From Thiomargarita sp. (lineage in GTDB: Bacteria; Pseudomonadota; Gammaproteobacteria; Beggiatoales; Beggiatoaceae), in the NCBI GenBank assembly GCA_020721025.1, contig DYNO01000003.1, forward strand, positions 1-37,345: a stretch of DNA of 37,345 nucleotides. The letters are read 5' to 3'. Numbering within the stretch: the first letter of the stretch is position 1; the number at the start of each line of letters is the position of its first letter. A program made the translations under genes and the position numbers. Shown here one piece after another: positions 28,066 to 37,178 of the stretch. The notes beneath the pieces are model-generated. The model worked only from the letters and a program-made list of their open reading frames with translations, made no database searches and was not told the DNA's origin.

Positions 28066-29511
28066 TTAAATGCCGCCTAAACAAACATATTTCTTTTCTA
28101 AAAATTCCTCAATCCCGTATTTAGAACCTTCGCGCCCAATTCCGGACTCTTTCATGCCTCCAAAGGGAGCAACTTCTGTAGAAACAAGCCCTTCGTTCAC
28201 CCCAACGATCCCATATTCCAATGCTTCCAGCACCCGATAAACCCGCCCAATATCACGGGTGTAAAAATACGCGGCAAGTCCAAACGGCGTATTATTTGCC
28301 AATTCAATCGCTTGCTGTTCGGTATCGAATCGAAACAACGGGGCGACGGGTCCAAAAATTTCCTCTTGTGCCACTTGCATATTGGGCATTACTTCAGTTA
28401 AAACCGTAGGTTGAAAGAATGTCCCGCCCAACGCATGACGCTGTCCACCCCATGCCAATTTTGCCCCTTTTTGCACAGCATCATCAAGATACGCTTCGAT
28501 TTTTTCCACCGCAGCGAGATTTATCAGGGGCCCTTGCTGCACCCCTTGCGTTAATCCATTGCCAATCTTCAAATTTTGCACCGCTTCGATCAAACGTTGC
28601 GTAAAAGCATCATAAATTTCTGTTTGTACCAAGATTCGATTCGCGCAGACGCAAGTTTGCCCAGAATTCCGATATTTAGAAGCCATCACGCCAGAAATTG
28701 CCCGGTCTAAATCCGCATCGGCAAACACGATAAAGGGCGCGTTGCCTCCCAATTCTAACGATATTTTTTTCACGGTGTGAGAACATTGTTGCATCAATAG
28801 CTTACCGACAGCGGTTGAACCGGTGAATGATAATTTTCGCACTGATGGATTTTCGGTCAATTCTGCTCCAATTGCTTTGGGATATCCTGTCACCACGTTG
28901 AATACCCCCGCTGGAATGCCGGCTCGTGCTGCCAACTCTGCCAATGCCAAGGCGGAAAATGGTGTGCTTTCTGCGGGTTTGACCACCACAGGACAGCCGG
29001 CTGCCAATGCGGGAGCGCATTTACGGGTAATCATGGCGATGGGAAAATTCCAAGGGGTAATCGCTGCAACTACGCCAATAGGTTGTTTTAACACGAAAAT
29101 TCGTTGATCAGGCTTGGGAGCGGCTATCGTATCTCCATAAATTCGTTTGGCTTCTTCTGCGTACCATTCGACAAAGGCGGCTCCATAAGTGACTTCTGCT
29201 TGTGCTTCTGCCAACGGTTTGCCCTGTTCAGCGGTCATCAATAATGCCAAATCTTCTTGATTTTGCACGATTAAATCAAACCATCGCCGCAAAATTTGGG
29301 AACGTTCTTTCGCCGTCCGAGCGCGCCAATCTTGCCATGCAATCGTTGCTGCATCAATGGCTTGTCGGGTTTCCAGCCGTCCTAAATTTGGCACACTTCC
29401 GATGATTTCTTGGGTCGCGGGATTGATAACTTGAATAGTTTCCGCAGCATCCACCCATAAACCGTTAATATAGGCTTGTTGATGAAATAATTGGTGATCT
29501 TGTAGTTTCAT
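28066..29511 (-). CDS. gabD: succinate-semialdehyde dehydrogenase (NAD(P)+)
   Basis: Collinear with E. coli GabD as recalled, over the full length: MKLQDHQLFHQQAYINGLWVDA..., ITPWNFPIAMITRK, LELGGNAPFIVF, GQTCVCANR, EEIFGPVAPLFRF, REGSKYGIEEFLEKKY. Confidence 0.92.
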   Translation of the reverse strand: MKLQDHQLFHQQAYINGLWVDAAETIQVINPATQEIIGSVPNLGRLETRQAIDAATIAWQDWRARTAKERSQILRRWFDLIVQNQEDLALLMTAEQGKPLAEAQAEVTYGAAFVEWYAEEAKRIYGDTIAAPKPDQRIFVLKQPIGVVAAITPWNFPIAMITRKCAPALAAGCPVVVKPAESTPFSALALAELAARAGIPAGVFNVVTGYPKAIGAELTENPSVRKLSFTGSTAVGKLLMQQCSHTVKKISLELGGNAPFIVFADADLDRAISGVMASKYRNSGQTCVCANRILVQTEIYDAFTQRLIEAVQNLKIGNGLTQGVQQGPLINLAAVEKIEAYLDDAVQKGAKLAWGGQRHALGGTFFQPTVLTEVMPNMQVAQEEIFGPVAPLFRFDTEQQAIELANNTPFGLAAYFYTRDIGRVYRVLEALEYGIVGVNEGLVSTEVAPFGGMKESGIGREGSKYGIEEFLEKKYVCLGGI

Positions 29512-29662
29512 GCGCTTGATCTGTCTGATTGGAGTTTGAGCATAGTAACATCATGCTTGACTTTATTATTTCAACAAGATGTTTTCATTGAACATAGGGT
29601 GGTGCCACACCGGTCAGGACAATTGGTCGTAACCTGTCCAGTGCGTAACTTCCCCAGACGGT

Positions 29663-31246
29663 CTATTTTTGCTTAATAACCAACAATGTAATGTCATCCA
29701 ACGGTTGTACTCCTCCCAAATGTTCAATGATATCAACGATGATGATTTGTTTGATAACTTGCGAAGTGTTGTTCTGCCAATGAGAACTGACCACCTGACA
29801 GAGACGGTCAAGTCCATAACATTCTCCACGCGGATTAAACGCTTCCGTCACTCCATCCGTGTAAAGCACCACGCCGTCACCACGTTCTAATTCAAAATTG
29901 CGCTTCTCAATAAATCCAGAAATATCATCAACTAAGCCAACCATAAAGCCCAATGATATCGTATCAATCCGTTCAATACTGCCATTTTGTTTTACTAGCA
30001 ATACATCCTCATGTTGTCCGCTTAATTGCAACACTCCTGCTTGATAATCAAGTAATGCCAAGGTGAGATTTTTATCAGTTTGCATCCGTTTGATATTGCC
30101 GTATAATGCCCGGTTCAGTGTACTGAGCACTTCACGTTGATTTTGTTCATGATGACAAAGCAGGGTACGCACCGCCATTTGCACCATCAACATGACCACG
30201 CCGCTTTCTAATCCATGTCCTGTGACATCGCCAATTCCAATTTTTACCCGACCATCCTCTTGCAACACATCGTAATAATCCCCACCTACTTCTGTCGCCG
30301 GCTGCATAAAACACGCAATATCAAGTTCTTGAATTGCCGCAAGTTCTTCCTCCTTCGGCAAGACCATCTGTTGCAGTTTGCGAGTGATTTCTAACTCTGC
30401 CCCCATACGAGAATTTTCTGCTGCCAATCGCTCATTCAATGCTGAAATTTCGTGATTTGCGAATGCCAATTCTTGGGTACGCTGGGTACGCTCCGCCACT
30501 CGTTGTTCTAGTTCTTCATTGAGTTGATGTTGTAATGAAACTTTTTCTTCTATAGATTCAAGTAATTGGTTGGCAACAATCGCTAGCCGTCCTAATTCAT
30601 CATTTTCATGTCCGACAGGAATGTCGAGCCGTAATTTCTCTGGATTGTGAGCATCAATGTGAGCTAATCGGTCACTCAGTTGCTCCAGCGGACGAGTCAA
30701 CAACACGCGTAGTAGCAAAAATAATCCCGTGGCAAATAACAGGGCTTGAGCCAATCCCGTGAGCAAGGTGAAGCGAGTCCGTTTGATGAAACTTTCCGCC
30801 AGTTGATAAATATCGACTTTGACCTTGATAATTCCATAAATTTGCCCGGATTTCTCCAGTTTTATGCTATATTCGCGGTGTTTTTGAAACCAATAATCTG
30901 CCAACCACGCCCAACGAGTTGCTACGGCGGGTTGTCGTTGTTCCGCTAAAATGATGTTCAATTCGTTCGATAATTCTACTTCGTGAAACATGTGGTATTT
31001 CGATACTCCATTGACGACCTCACGCGCCAAGTCAGTATCAAAATTATACGCCGCTTGCAATGCCGAAGTTTTACTGATTTCAAGCACTTCTGTTGCTGTC
31101 CTTCCCGCGGCATGACAGGTGTCGAAGTAGTCAAACGTAATTTGTACAATACTAAACACGATTCCCAAGGCAACCGCGATCAGTAGCATCGACTTGGCTT
31201 GCTTGAAATATAAGCGTTGATATAATGGGATTTCATTAATTGGCAT
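29663..31246 (-). CDS. membrane-bound HAMP domain + PP2C/SpoIIE-family serine phosphatase (RsbU-like)
   Basis: Two TM segments flank a periplasmic loop of about 130 aa. HAMP (TRPLEQLSDRL...DELGRLAIVANQLLESIEE), a coiled coil, and PP2C motifs (VGGDYYDV, GIGDVTGHGLESG, LYTDGVTEA). Confidence 0.85.
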   Translation of the reverse strand: MPINEIPLYQRLYFKQAKSMLLIAVALGIVFSIVQITFDYFDTCHAAGRTATEVLEISKTSALQAAYNFDTDLAREVVNGVSKYHMFHEVELSNELNIILAEQRQPAVATRWAWLADYWFQKHREYSIKLEKSGQIYGIIKVKVDIYQLAESFIKRTRFTLLTGLAQALLFATGLFLLLRVLLTRPLEQLSDRLAHIDAHNPEKLRLDIPVGHENDELGRLAIVANQLLESIEEKVSLQHQLNEELEQRVAERTQRTQELAFANHEISALNERLAAENSRMGAELEITRKLQQMVLPKEEELAAIQELDIACFMQPATEVGGDYYDVLQEDGRVKIGIGDVTGHGLESGVVMLMVQMAVRTLLCHHEQNQREVLSTLNRALYGNIKRMQTDKNLTLALLDYQAGVLQLSGQHEDVLLVKQNGSIERIDTISLGFMVGLVDDISGFIEKRNFELERGDGVVLYTDGVTEAFNPRGECYGLDRLCQVVSSHWQNNTSQVIKQIIIVDIIEHLGGVQPLDDITLLVIKQK

Positions 31247-31249
31247 AAC

Positions 31250-32074
31250 TCACTCTGCTTGCAGATGATATTTGTGTTTAAGCTCGGCGATTTTGTCGGA
31301 TTGTTCTACTAGAAAACGATTGAAATCTTTGATCAATTCTGGATGAGTATGCGAAGAAAGTCGATAACTGCTGCGAACATGTGGAAGTTCAGCGGCAAAA
31401 ACGAGCGTTCCTTCTTTTTGCAAACGAGGAGGAATCGGAATATCAGATTTACCGAGTTTGATTTGTTGTAGCCGATGTAGCCCCACATCCACATTGGCAT
31501 AAACCCCGTCAATTCGTTCTCCTACCAATGCCATCAATAATAGACTGTCGTAATGTTTCACACTGATTCGCTTAACTTTTCCATTATCAACTCGCTCCTG
31601 CCAAAAATCCTGAAGGGTAAATCCGAGCATGGTTGCAAATTGTTTGATATCATCCACTTGATGAGGTTTGTCACTGGGACGCACTAATAAACCTTCGATA
31701 AACGGCACAACTGGGTCACTGTAGGCAATCGTTGTGGTTCCCTTGACATGCCGACCCCACTCCTCGTCATCAGGGTATTTCATTGCAATGTCGCCATCAA
31801 CCAAATCCCTAAATTGTCGTTCTATCGGTGCAGGTAGATATTCAAAAGAAATCCCCCGCCAAGTGGCGAATGCGTCCAAAATTTCTCGCGCAATTCCGAA
31901 AAACTCGTTGTCATTGTTGATACCATGAAAGGGATAGTAATCGTAATCACTGACTCCAACGGAAATTTTTGGAATGACTGCGGGTTCATCCACTGCTAGG
32001 GCGGGTAATCCGTAGCAAAATCCGACGATGATCCATAACAAATAACATTGCCGAGATAACAGAAATAAGCCCAT
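31250..32074 (-). CDS. periplasmic substrate-binding-protein-like protein (SBP family 3-like), paralog A
   Basis: Signal peptide. Sits 3 nt upstream of the HAMP-PP2C gene. Strong similarity to the 33114-33917 product (e.g. HYDSLLLMALVGERIDGVYANVDVGL). Confidence 0.75.
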   Translation of the reverse strand: MGLFLLSRQCYLLWIIVGFCYGLPALAVDEPAVIPKISVGVSDYDYYPFHGINNDNEFFGIAREILDAFATWRGISFEYLPAPIERQFRDLVDGDIAMKYPDDEEWGRHVKGTTTIAYSDPVVPFIEGLLVRPSDKPHQVDDIKQFATMLGFTLQDFWQERVDNGKVKRISVKHYDSLLLMALVGERIDGVYANVDVGLHRLQQIKLGKSDIPIPPRLQKEGTLVFAAELPHVRSSYRLSSHTHPELIKDFNRFLVEQSDKIAELKHKYHLQAE

Positions 32075-32364
32075 AATGAGTCCTCGTAGTAGATATTTTT
32101 AGTTAAAGCGGGAAAGTACCCGGAATTAAAGTTAATCTAACTGGGTGTGTCTAAACTTTTTTACGTTGTCGAAATCGGCGTTGTATCCTAGCATCATGAC
32201 TTAATTTTGAATTTTTTACATGAAGGAAGTGAGCAGGGCAAATCTTAATGATGGCACTTCATTCATCGCTTATGTGGTTTATCAATTCTTTGGCTACAGT
32301 GTCTTCTTACTGTAACAAAGACATCATATCATTAAACTGTTTTAACATTCAATGAGGTAACACA

Positions 32365-33111
32365 GTGACCCGATTGAAGTTGAGCAGGTTTATCGTATTA
32401 AGTGTCTGTCTATCTGTTGCAACTGCCGCCGCCGAAGATTATTTTTCCAAAAATGAGTTATTAATTCACGCTGAAGCCGACCGACATCCGGCACATACGG
32501 GTATGTGGACGTTGACTTTTGAGCACTTTTCCGAATGGCGTTATGGTGACACTTTTTTCTTTGCAGATGTCGAAGGAAAGCCAGATTTTGCAATAGAAAA
32601 CAATACACTATATTTTGAATTCGCACCTCGTTTCAGTCTTGACCGCTTGCTACAAACCAAATTACTTTCACCCAGTTGGCTTGGCGAATTGTATGCGACA
32701 GTGCAATACAACGACAGTGACCGTAATTTTATTAATCCAGTCTGGTTATACGGCATATCGTTTGATTTTGCTGGACAACCGCATCACGGATTTAGCAATC
32801 TGCACTTCCTCGCACGCAAGGAGGAAACGCAAAATATGGCATGGCAGGTTTCATTCGCGTGGGAATAAGCATTTTATGTGAATAGTTTGAATTTGGTATT
32901 TCGAGGTTTTTTGGATGTGTGGAAAAATAACGAAAATTCGGTCGTCCTGACAGAACCACAACTATTGATACCATTAAAACAATTTGTGAACTCTGGACAT
33001 TGGTTAGAACGAGTTTCTTTGGGCACAGAACTCGAAATTTCTAAAAACTTTTTTGGGCGGGATTACGGCTGGGAAGTTAATCCTACCCTATTTTTTCGGA
33101 TAGATTTTTAG
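32365..33111 (+). pseudogene. Tsx/OmpK-like outer-membrane channel interrupted by a single in-frame TAA (32866-32868)
   Basis: GTG start after GAGG. Signal peptide (LSVCLSVATAAA). Tsx/OmpK-like TLTFEHFSEWRYGDTFFFADVEG. After the TAA the same frame continues (AFYVNSLNLVFRGFLDVW...) to the beta-barrel terminal motif FFRIDF*. The combined length of about 248 codons fits the family. Confidence 0.7.
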
Positions 33112-33113
33112 CT

Positions 33114-33917
33114 ATGTTACGCATTTTATTATTAATTAATATTCTCATCATCACAACATTTTCCACAGTTCATGCCGAATCTCCCCCCACCCGGCAAAAA
33201 ATAATCGTGGGTGTGGAAGATAATGACTCTTATCCTCATTATGGTTTTGGTAACGACGGTGAATTTCATGGGGTTGCCAGAGAGATTCTCGATGCGTTTG
33301 CGCTATGGCAGAAGATTGACATAGAATACAAGCCGTTACCGATAGAGAGACTGTATCATGCACTGATTAATGGGGAAGTGGATTTCAAATATCCAGACCA
33401 TCCAGAGTGGGGTAAGCCGGTGAAGGGTGCTGCCGAAATTACTTATAGTTTACCCGTTGTTCCCTTCATTGATGGTGTGTTGGCGCGCCCACGAACGCAA
33501 CCGCGTCAAATTGAAGAAATCCATCAATTGGGTACAATTCTTGGTTTTACGCTCCCCACTTTCTGGCAAACTCGGATTGATAGCAGTGCGATAAAGTTAA
33601 TTGGAGTGAGGCATTATGACAGTTTGTTATTAATGGCATTGGTTGGTGAGCGAGTTGATGGTGTTTATGCTAACGTGGATGTGGGATTGTATCGCTTACA
33701 ACAAATCAAAAGCGGTAAGTCAAATATTCCCATTCCACCGCGCTTACAAAAAGAAGGTATTCTCGTTTTCGCCCCCGAATTGCCTTATGAGCGTAGCCAC
33801 TATCATCTTTCTACACAGCAACATCACAAATTAATGCAAGATTTCAATCGTTTCCTCGTGGAACAAGCGGCACAAGTTGAAATGTTTAAGCGCAAATATC
33901 TGTCACATGCAGAGTGA
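33114..33917 (+). CDS. periplasmic substrate-binding-protein-like protein, paralog B
   Basis: Signal peptide (ITTFSTVHAES). Starts 2 nt after the porin-like gene. Paralog of 31250-32074. Confidence 0.75.
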   Translation: MLRILLLINILIITTFSTVHAESPPTRQKIIVGVEDNDSYPHYGFGNDGEFHGVAREILDAFALWQKIDIEYKPLPIERLYHALINGEVDFKYPDHPEWGKPVKGAAEITYSLPVVPFIDGVLARPRTQPRQIEEIHQLGTILGFTLPTFWQTRIDSSAIKLIGVRHYDSLLLMALVGERVDGVYANVDVGLYRLQQIKSGKSNIPIPPRLQKEGILVFAPELPYERSHYHLSTQQHHKLMQDFNRFLVEQAAQVEMFKRKYLSHAE

Positions 33918-34091
33918 TATTGAATCAAACGTCATGCTCGATACATCAACCAGTTGTTTCTATTGAACATAAATTTATAGCGAAGAACGCTTCAATATTT
34001 GGTAGTGCCACTGGTTAGGAACAGAACCATTTTTGGGGTATGAAATCAAACTCAACTCATTGAACATAAATGTTTCTATCGAATATTTTCC

Positions 34092-34146
34092 CAACAGTTC
34101 GGACAGTTTCAAAATGAGTTATTGTAGAAAACTGTCTGAACTATTG
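34092..34146. repeat. nested-palindrome MITE/REP-like element, short copy (55 bp)
   Basis: CAACAGTTCGGACAGTT (34092-34108) and AACTGTCTGAACTATTG (34130-34146) form the same terminal inverted repeat as 13777-13894. The flanking inner bases are shared (GACAGTTYCAAAAT..., TTGTAGAAAACTGTC). It lacks the internal 15-bp palindrome. Confidence 0.7.
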
Positions 34147-34207
34147 TTCTAACCAATTGTATCAATTCGCTTCCTTTTTAGACTGCATAAGGTGAGTTAG
34201 AAAATAT

Positions 34208-34972
34208 TCAACGCGCTTGATCCGCCACCCATTCTTGCACCCAACGCGTATTTCGTTCCCGGCTCAACACTTCGCAACGAGCTCGCATCAATACGACGCT
34301 GAAATAAAAGAATTTAAACGCCAATGCCATCAGTAATAGTGGAATAAGCATGTCAATATGGATTGAGGAAGTGCCTTTTAACACGTTGATGCTTGAGCCT
34401 TGATGCAGGGTATTCCACCACACCACTGAGTAGTGAATGATGGGAATATTGACCACGCCAACTAAAGTTAGAATGGTGCTCGCACGCGCTGCGGTACGTT
34501 TATCTTCAATGGCAGAATTGAGGGCGATAATGCCCAAATAGAGAAATAAGAGAATTAATTCAGACGTTAAGCGCGCATCCCACACCCACCATGTGCCCCA
34601 CATCGGCTTGCCCCATAAAGAACCGGTTGCCAACGCAAGAAATGCGAACCATGCCCCAATGGGTGCCGAACTTGCCGCCATAATGTCCGCTAATTTAATC
34701 TGCCACACCAAGCCAATTGCGCTTGCAACTGCCATGACCATGTAGATGAACATCGACATCCATGCAGCGGGAACGTGAATGTACATGATGCGGTAACTTT
34801 CCCCTTGTTGATAATCGGGGGGGGAGTTGAATAACGCGAAATATAAGCCTGTCGTCATCAATCCAAAACACAGCACGCCAAATACGGCGATGAAGTAGCG
34901 CGAAACGGTGTAAAAATACTTCGGTGAGGCGAATTTATGTAAAAATGCCCAAATTACTTTGAAAATATTCAT
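34208..34972 (-). CDS. ccmC: heme exporter protein C (cytochrome c maturation system I)
   Basis: WWD motif region WGKPMWGTWWVWDARLTSE, conserved histidines, and about 6 TM segments. Confidence 0.9.
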   Translation of the reverse strand: MNIFKVIWAFLHKFASPKYFYTVSRYFIAVFGVLCFGLMTTGLYFALFNSPPDYQQGESYRIMYIHVPAAWMSMFIYMVMAVASAIGLVWQIKLADIMAASSAPIGAWFAFLALATGSLWGKPMWGTWWVWDARLTSELILLFLYLGIIALNSAIEDKRTAARASTILTLVGVVNIPIIHYSVVWWNTLHQGSSINVLKGTSSIHIDMLIPLLLMALAFKFFYFSVVLMRARCEVLSRERNTRWVQEWVADQAR

Positions 34973-35079
34973 GGTGACGATTCATTTTGTGGTCAATTGT
35001 GAGATGATGTGGTTGAAGCAGGATGTGACATTCTCCAGTAAAATCAATCTACCTGATTAAAAACTGTTTGTCATATTGG

Positions 35080-36759
35080 TTATTCAGCGTTTAATCGCGG
35101 TTCACCATTGGTTTGATCACTTAGCAATAACAAAATTTGTTCGCCTGCAACCCCATCGGCTGTCATATTTTGTTGTTGCTGAAATTCAAAAATTCGTCGT
35201 TTGAGTGCATTGTCATAACGTGCAGATAGTTTTTTTTCATCTTCCACAACGTTTTGTAACGCATTCAAATTTCGGCGAATCCATTTCACTGAATCATGTG
35301 TAATTCCTTGTTTTAAAATGGGAATCGGCATCGCCGGCGGCTTCCATAAAATCAGAAACGCGCCCAACCAATATTCACTGATTTTACTGGTCGGAAATTG
35401 ATGGGTTTGTCCACCAAAACTTAAGGTTGCAACATTGTCTTTTAATTTCACTACCGTGACGTGATGCGCCTTACTCTTATCAGTGATCAATTCAATAATC
35501 GTGGGGCGGTTAAAACGACGAATATCGTCCCAACTTCCTGTATGATAAAGACAAGCCAAACCTTGCGTCGCCGCACGTTCACAAGCGGTCTTGCCCTGCA
35601 AATTTCCATAATTCACATTCCATAACTGAAACAGCGTGGAAAAAGCGGCTTGAGTATCGCTGGGAATGGTTTGATTATTCAATAAATCCAATAGATTAGG
35701 TTCAGCCGGTGCTGGAGCCGGGGGCGGGGTCGCTTCGGTCACGGGCGGAGTTACTTGAGCCACAGGTTGGGGCGTGGGAGGTGGAATCGCTGGCGCGGCG
35801 GCGGGGGGGGCGGGCGAATGCGCTTGTAACGCTGACAACAGCATGGATTGCCAAGTGGGTGGTAACCAGAGGTCTTTATAGGCAATTGCCGCAATGAACA
35901 AGGTCAGAACCAACGCGCCTGTCGCCCAACGTAATGCCGTTTGTTGTTGAAAATAGCGGTTACCAACGCCACGAATGGCTTTATTCACCGTATTGGGTTT
36001 GATAATCGCTTGATTTTCAAGATATCCGTCCAGCAAGGAGCGTTCACAAATAATATTAATCAGGCGCGGAATGCCTCGCGAATATTGATAAATCTGACGC
36101 ATGGCGGACTTGGTAAACAAGGACTTATGCACCCCCGCCACCGCGAGACGATGTTCAATATAGGCTTGAGTATCTTTAAAAGACAGGGAAGTTAAATTGG
36201 CGCGAGCAGTGACTCGTTGAGATAATTGACGTAAGTTCTTGCGACGCAACAAATTATTCAGTTCTGGCTGACCGACCAAGATAATTTGGAGCAGTTTGTG
36301 ATTATCGGTTTCCAAATTATTGAGTAATCGCACTTGTTCCAAGACAGCAACACTCAAATTTTGTGATTCATCCAACACGATAACGGTATTTCGTCCCACC
36401 GAACGAGCAGTCACCAAGTAAGTTTTTAGCACATCATTGAAATCTTTCAGTGTGAACGATTCGTCATGACTGATGCGTAATTCGTCAAATAATGCAGTGA
36501 GTAGTTCAAGCGGGGAAGCACAGGGATTTGAGAGGAAGATGATATCGACATTTTCTGGCAGACGCGCCATGAGGCAACGACACAGCATCGTTTTTCCGGT
36601 CCCGACTTCTCCTGCCAATAACACGAACCCGGAACTTTCATTGATGCTATATTCCAATTGGGATAAAGCTTCACGATGACGTTCACTGAGGTAAAGATAT
36701 TGGGGATCAGGCGTAAGCGAAAAGGGGGCAGCTTTAAGTCCGAAATGTGCTGTGTACAT
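35080..36759 (-). CDS. gspA: ExeA/GspA-type AAA ATPase with Pro-rich linker and C-terminal peptidoglycan-binding domain
   Basis: N-terminus MYTAHFGLKAAPFSLTPDPQYLY. Walker A GEVGTGKT. Walker B VIVLDESQ. TM segment ATGALVLTLFIAAIAY. A Pro/Ala-rich tract. PG_binding-like YDNALKRRIFEFQQQQNMTADGVAGEQ. Start moved to the ATG at 36759 because the ORF-track start (36852) runs into the tRNA-Leu gene. Confidence 0.85.
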   Translation of the reverse strand: MYTAHFGLKAAPFSLTPDPQYLYLSERHREALSQLEYSINESSGFVLLAGEVGTGKTMLCRCLMARLPENVDIIFLSNPCASPLELLTALFDELRISHDESFTLKDFNDVLKTYLVTARSVGRNTVIVLDESQNLSVAVLEQVRLLNNLETDNHKLLQIILVGQPELNNLLRRKNLRQLSQRVTARANLTSLSFKDTQAYIEHRLAVAGVHKSLFTKSAMRQIYQYSRGIPRLINIICERSLLDGYLENQAIIKPNTVNKAIRGVGNRYFQQQTALRWATGALVLTLFIAAIAYKDLWLPPTWQSMLLSALQAHSPAPPAAAPAIPPPTPQPVAQVTPPVTEATPPPAPAPAEPNLLDLLNNQTIPSDTQAAFSTLFQLWNVNYGNLQGKTACERAATQGLACLYHTGSWDDIRRFNRPTIIELITDKSKAHHVTVVKLKDNVATLSFGGQTHQFPTSKISEYWLGAFLILWKPPAMPIPILKQGITHDSVKWIRRNLNALQNVVEDEKKLSARYDNALKRRIFEFQQQQNMTADGVAGEQILLLLSDQTNGEPRLNAE

Positions 36760-36810
36760 GGGAATTCTTCGGCAAGCGATGTGGCTGCAGGGTGTCATCC
36801 CCTGTTGGCA

Positions 36811-36898
36811 TGGTGCCCGGGGCCGGACTCGAACCGGCACGGTGTGTTGCACCGAGGGATTTTAAGTCCCTTGCGTCTACCAATTTCGCCACCCGGGC
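36811..36898 (-). tRNA. tRNA-Leu (anticodon UAA), long variable arm
   Basis: The reverse complement folds as acceptor GCCCGGG/CCCGGGC, anticodon arm AGGGA-CTTAAAA-TCCCT, long variable arm, T arm GCCGG-TTCGAGT-CCGGC, encoded CCA. Confidence 0.9.
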
Positions 36899-36910
36899 TA
36901 AAAAACTCAA

Positions 36911-36984
36911 TGGAGGCTGAAGCCGGAATCGAACCGACATCCACGGCTTTGCAGGCCGCTGCATAGCCATTCTGCCATTCAGCC
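36911..36984 (-). tRNA. tRNA-Cys (anticodon GCA)
   Basis: Reverse complement: acceptor GGCTGAA/TTCAGCC, anticodon arm GCGGC-CTGCAAA-GCCGT, T arm GTCGG-TTCGATT-CCGGC, encoded CCA. Confidence 0.9.
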
Positions 36985-37054
36985 AATTCTAATCACGACG
37001 AGAGTATTTAGCCAATCCGTGCTGGTTTTTAAGTACAAAAGATGACAACAAATT

Positions 37055-37130
<76 letters not shown>

Positions 37131-37149
37131 ATATCGTCTGAAGATGTGC

Positions 37150-37178
37150 ATTTTACTGGTTTTCAAACTTCTTGTCAA
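37150..37178 (-). promoter_or_regulatory. sigma70 promoter of the tRNA Gly-Cys-Leu operon
   Basis: On the minus strand: consensus TTGACA (37178-37173), a 17-nt spacer, TAAAAT (37155-37150). The -10 element ends 19 nt upstream of tRNA-Gly. Confidence 0.6.

Noticed and set aside
32252-32268. A perfect TGGCAC -24-like hexamer upstream of the Tsx-like gene.
   Set aside because: The sequence at the -12 spacing is TCAT, not TTGC. It is probably a chance hexamer.
33956-34085. The 19-nt repeats, considered as a degenerate CRISPR array.
   Set aside because: There are only about 2.4 copies with irregular spacing (about 85 nt, then tandem). The unit is too short and AT-rich, and no cas genes or leader are present.
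36760-36852. A 31-codon N-terminal extension of the ExeA ORF.
   Set aside because: It overlaps the tRNA-Leu gene (36811-36898). The conserved ExeA N-terminus starts at the ATG at 36759.
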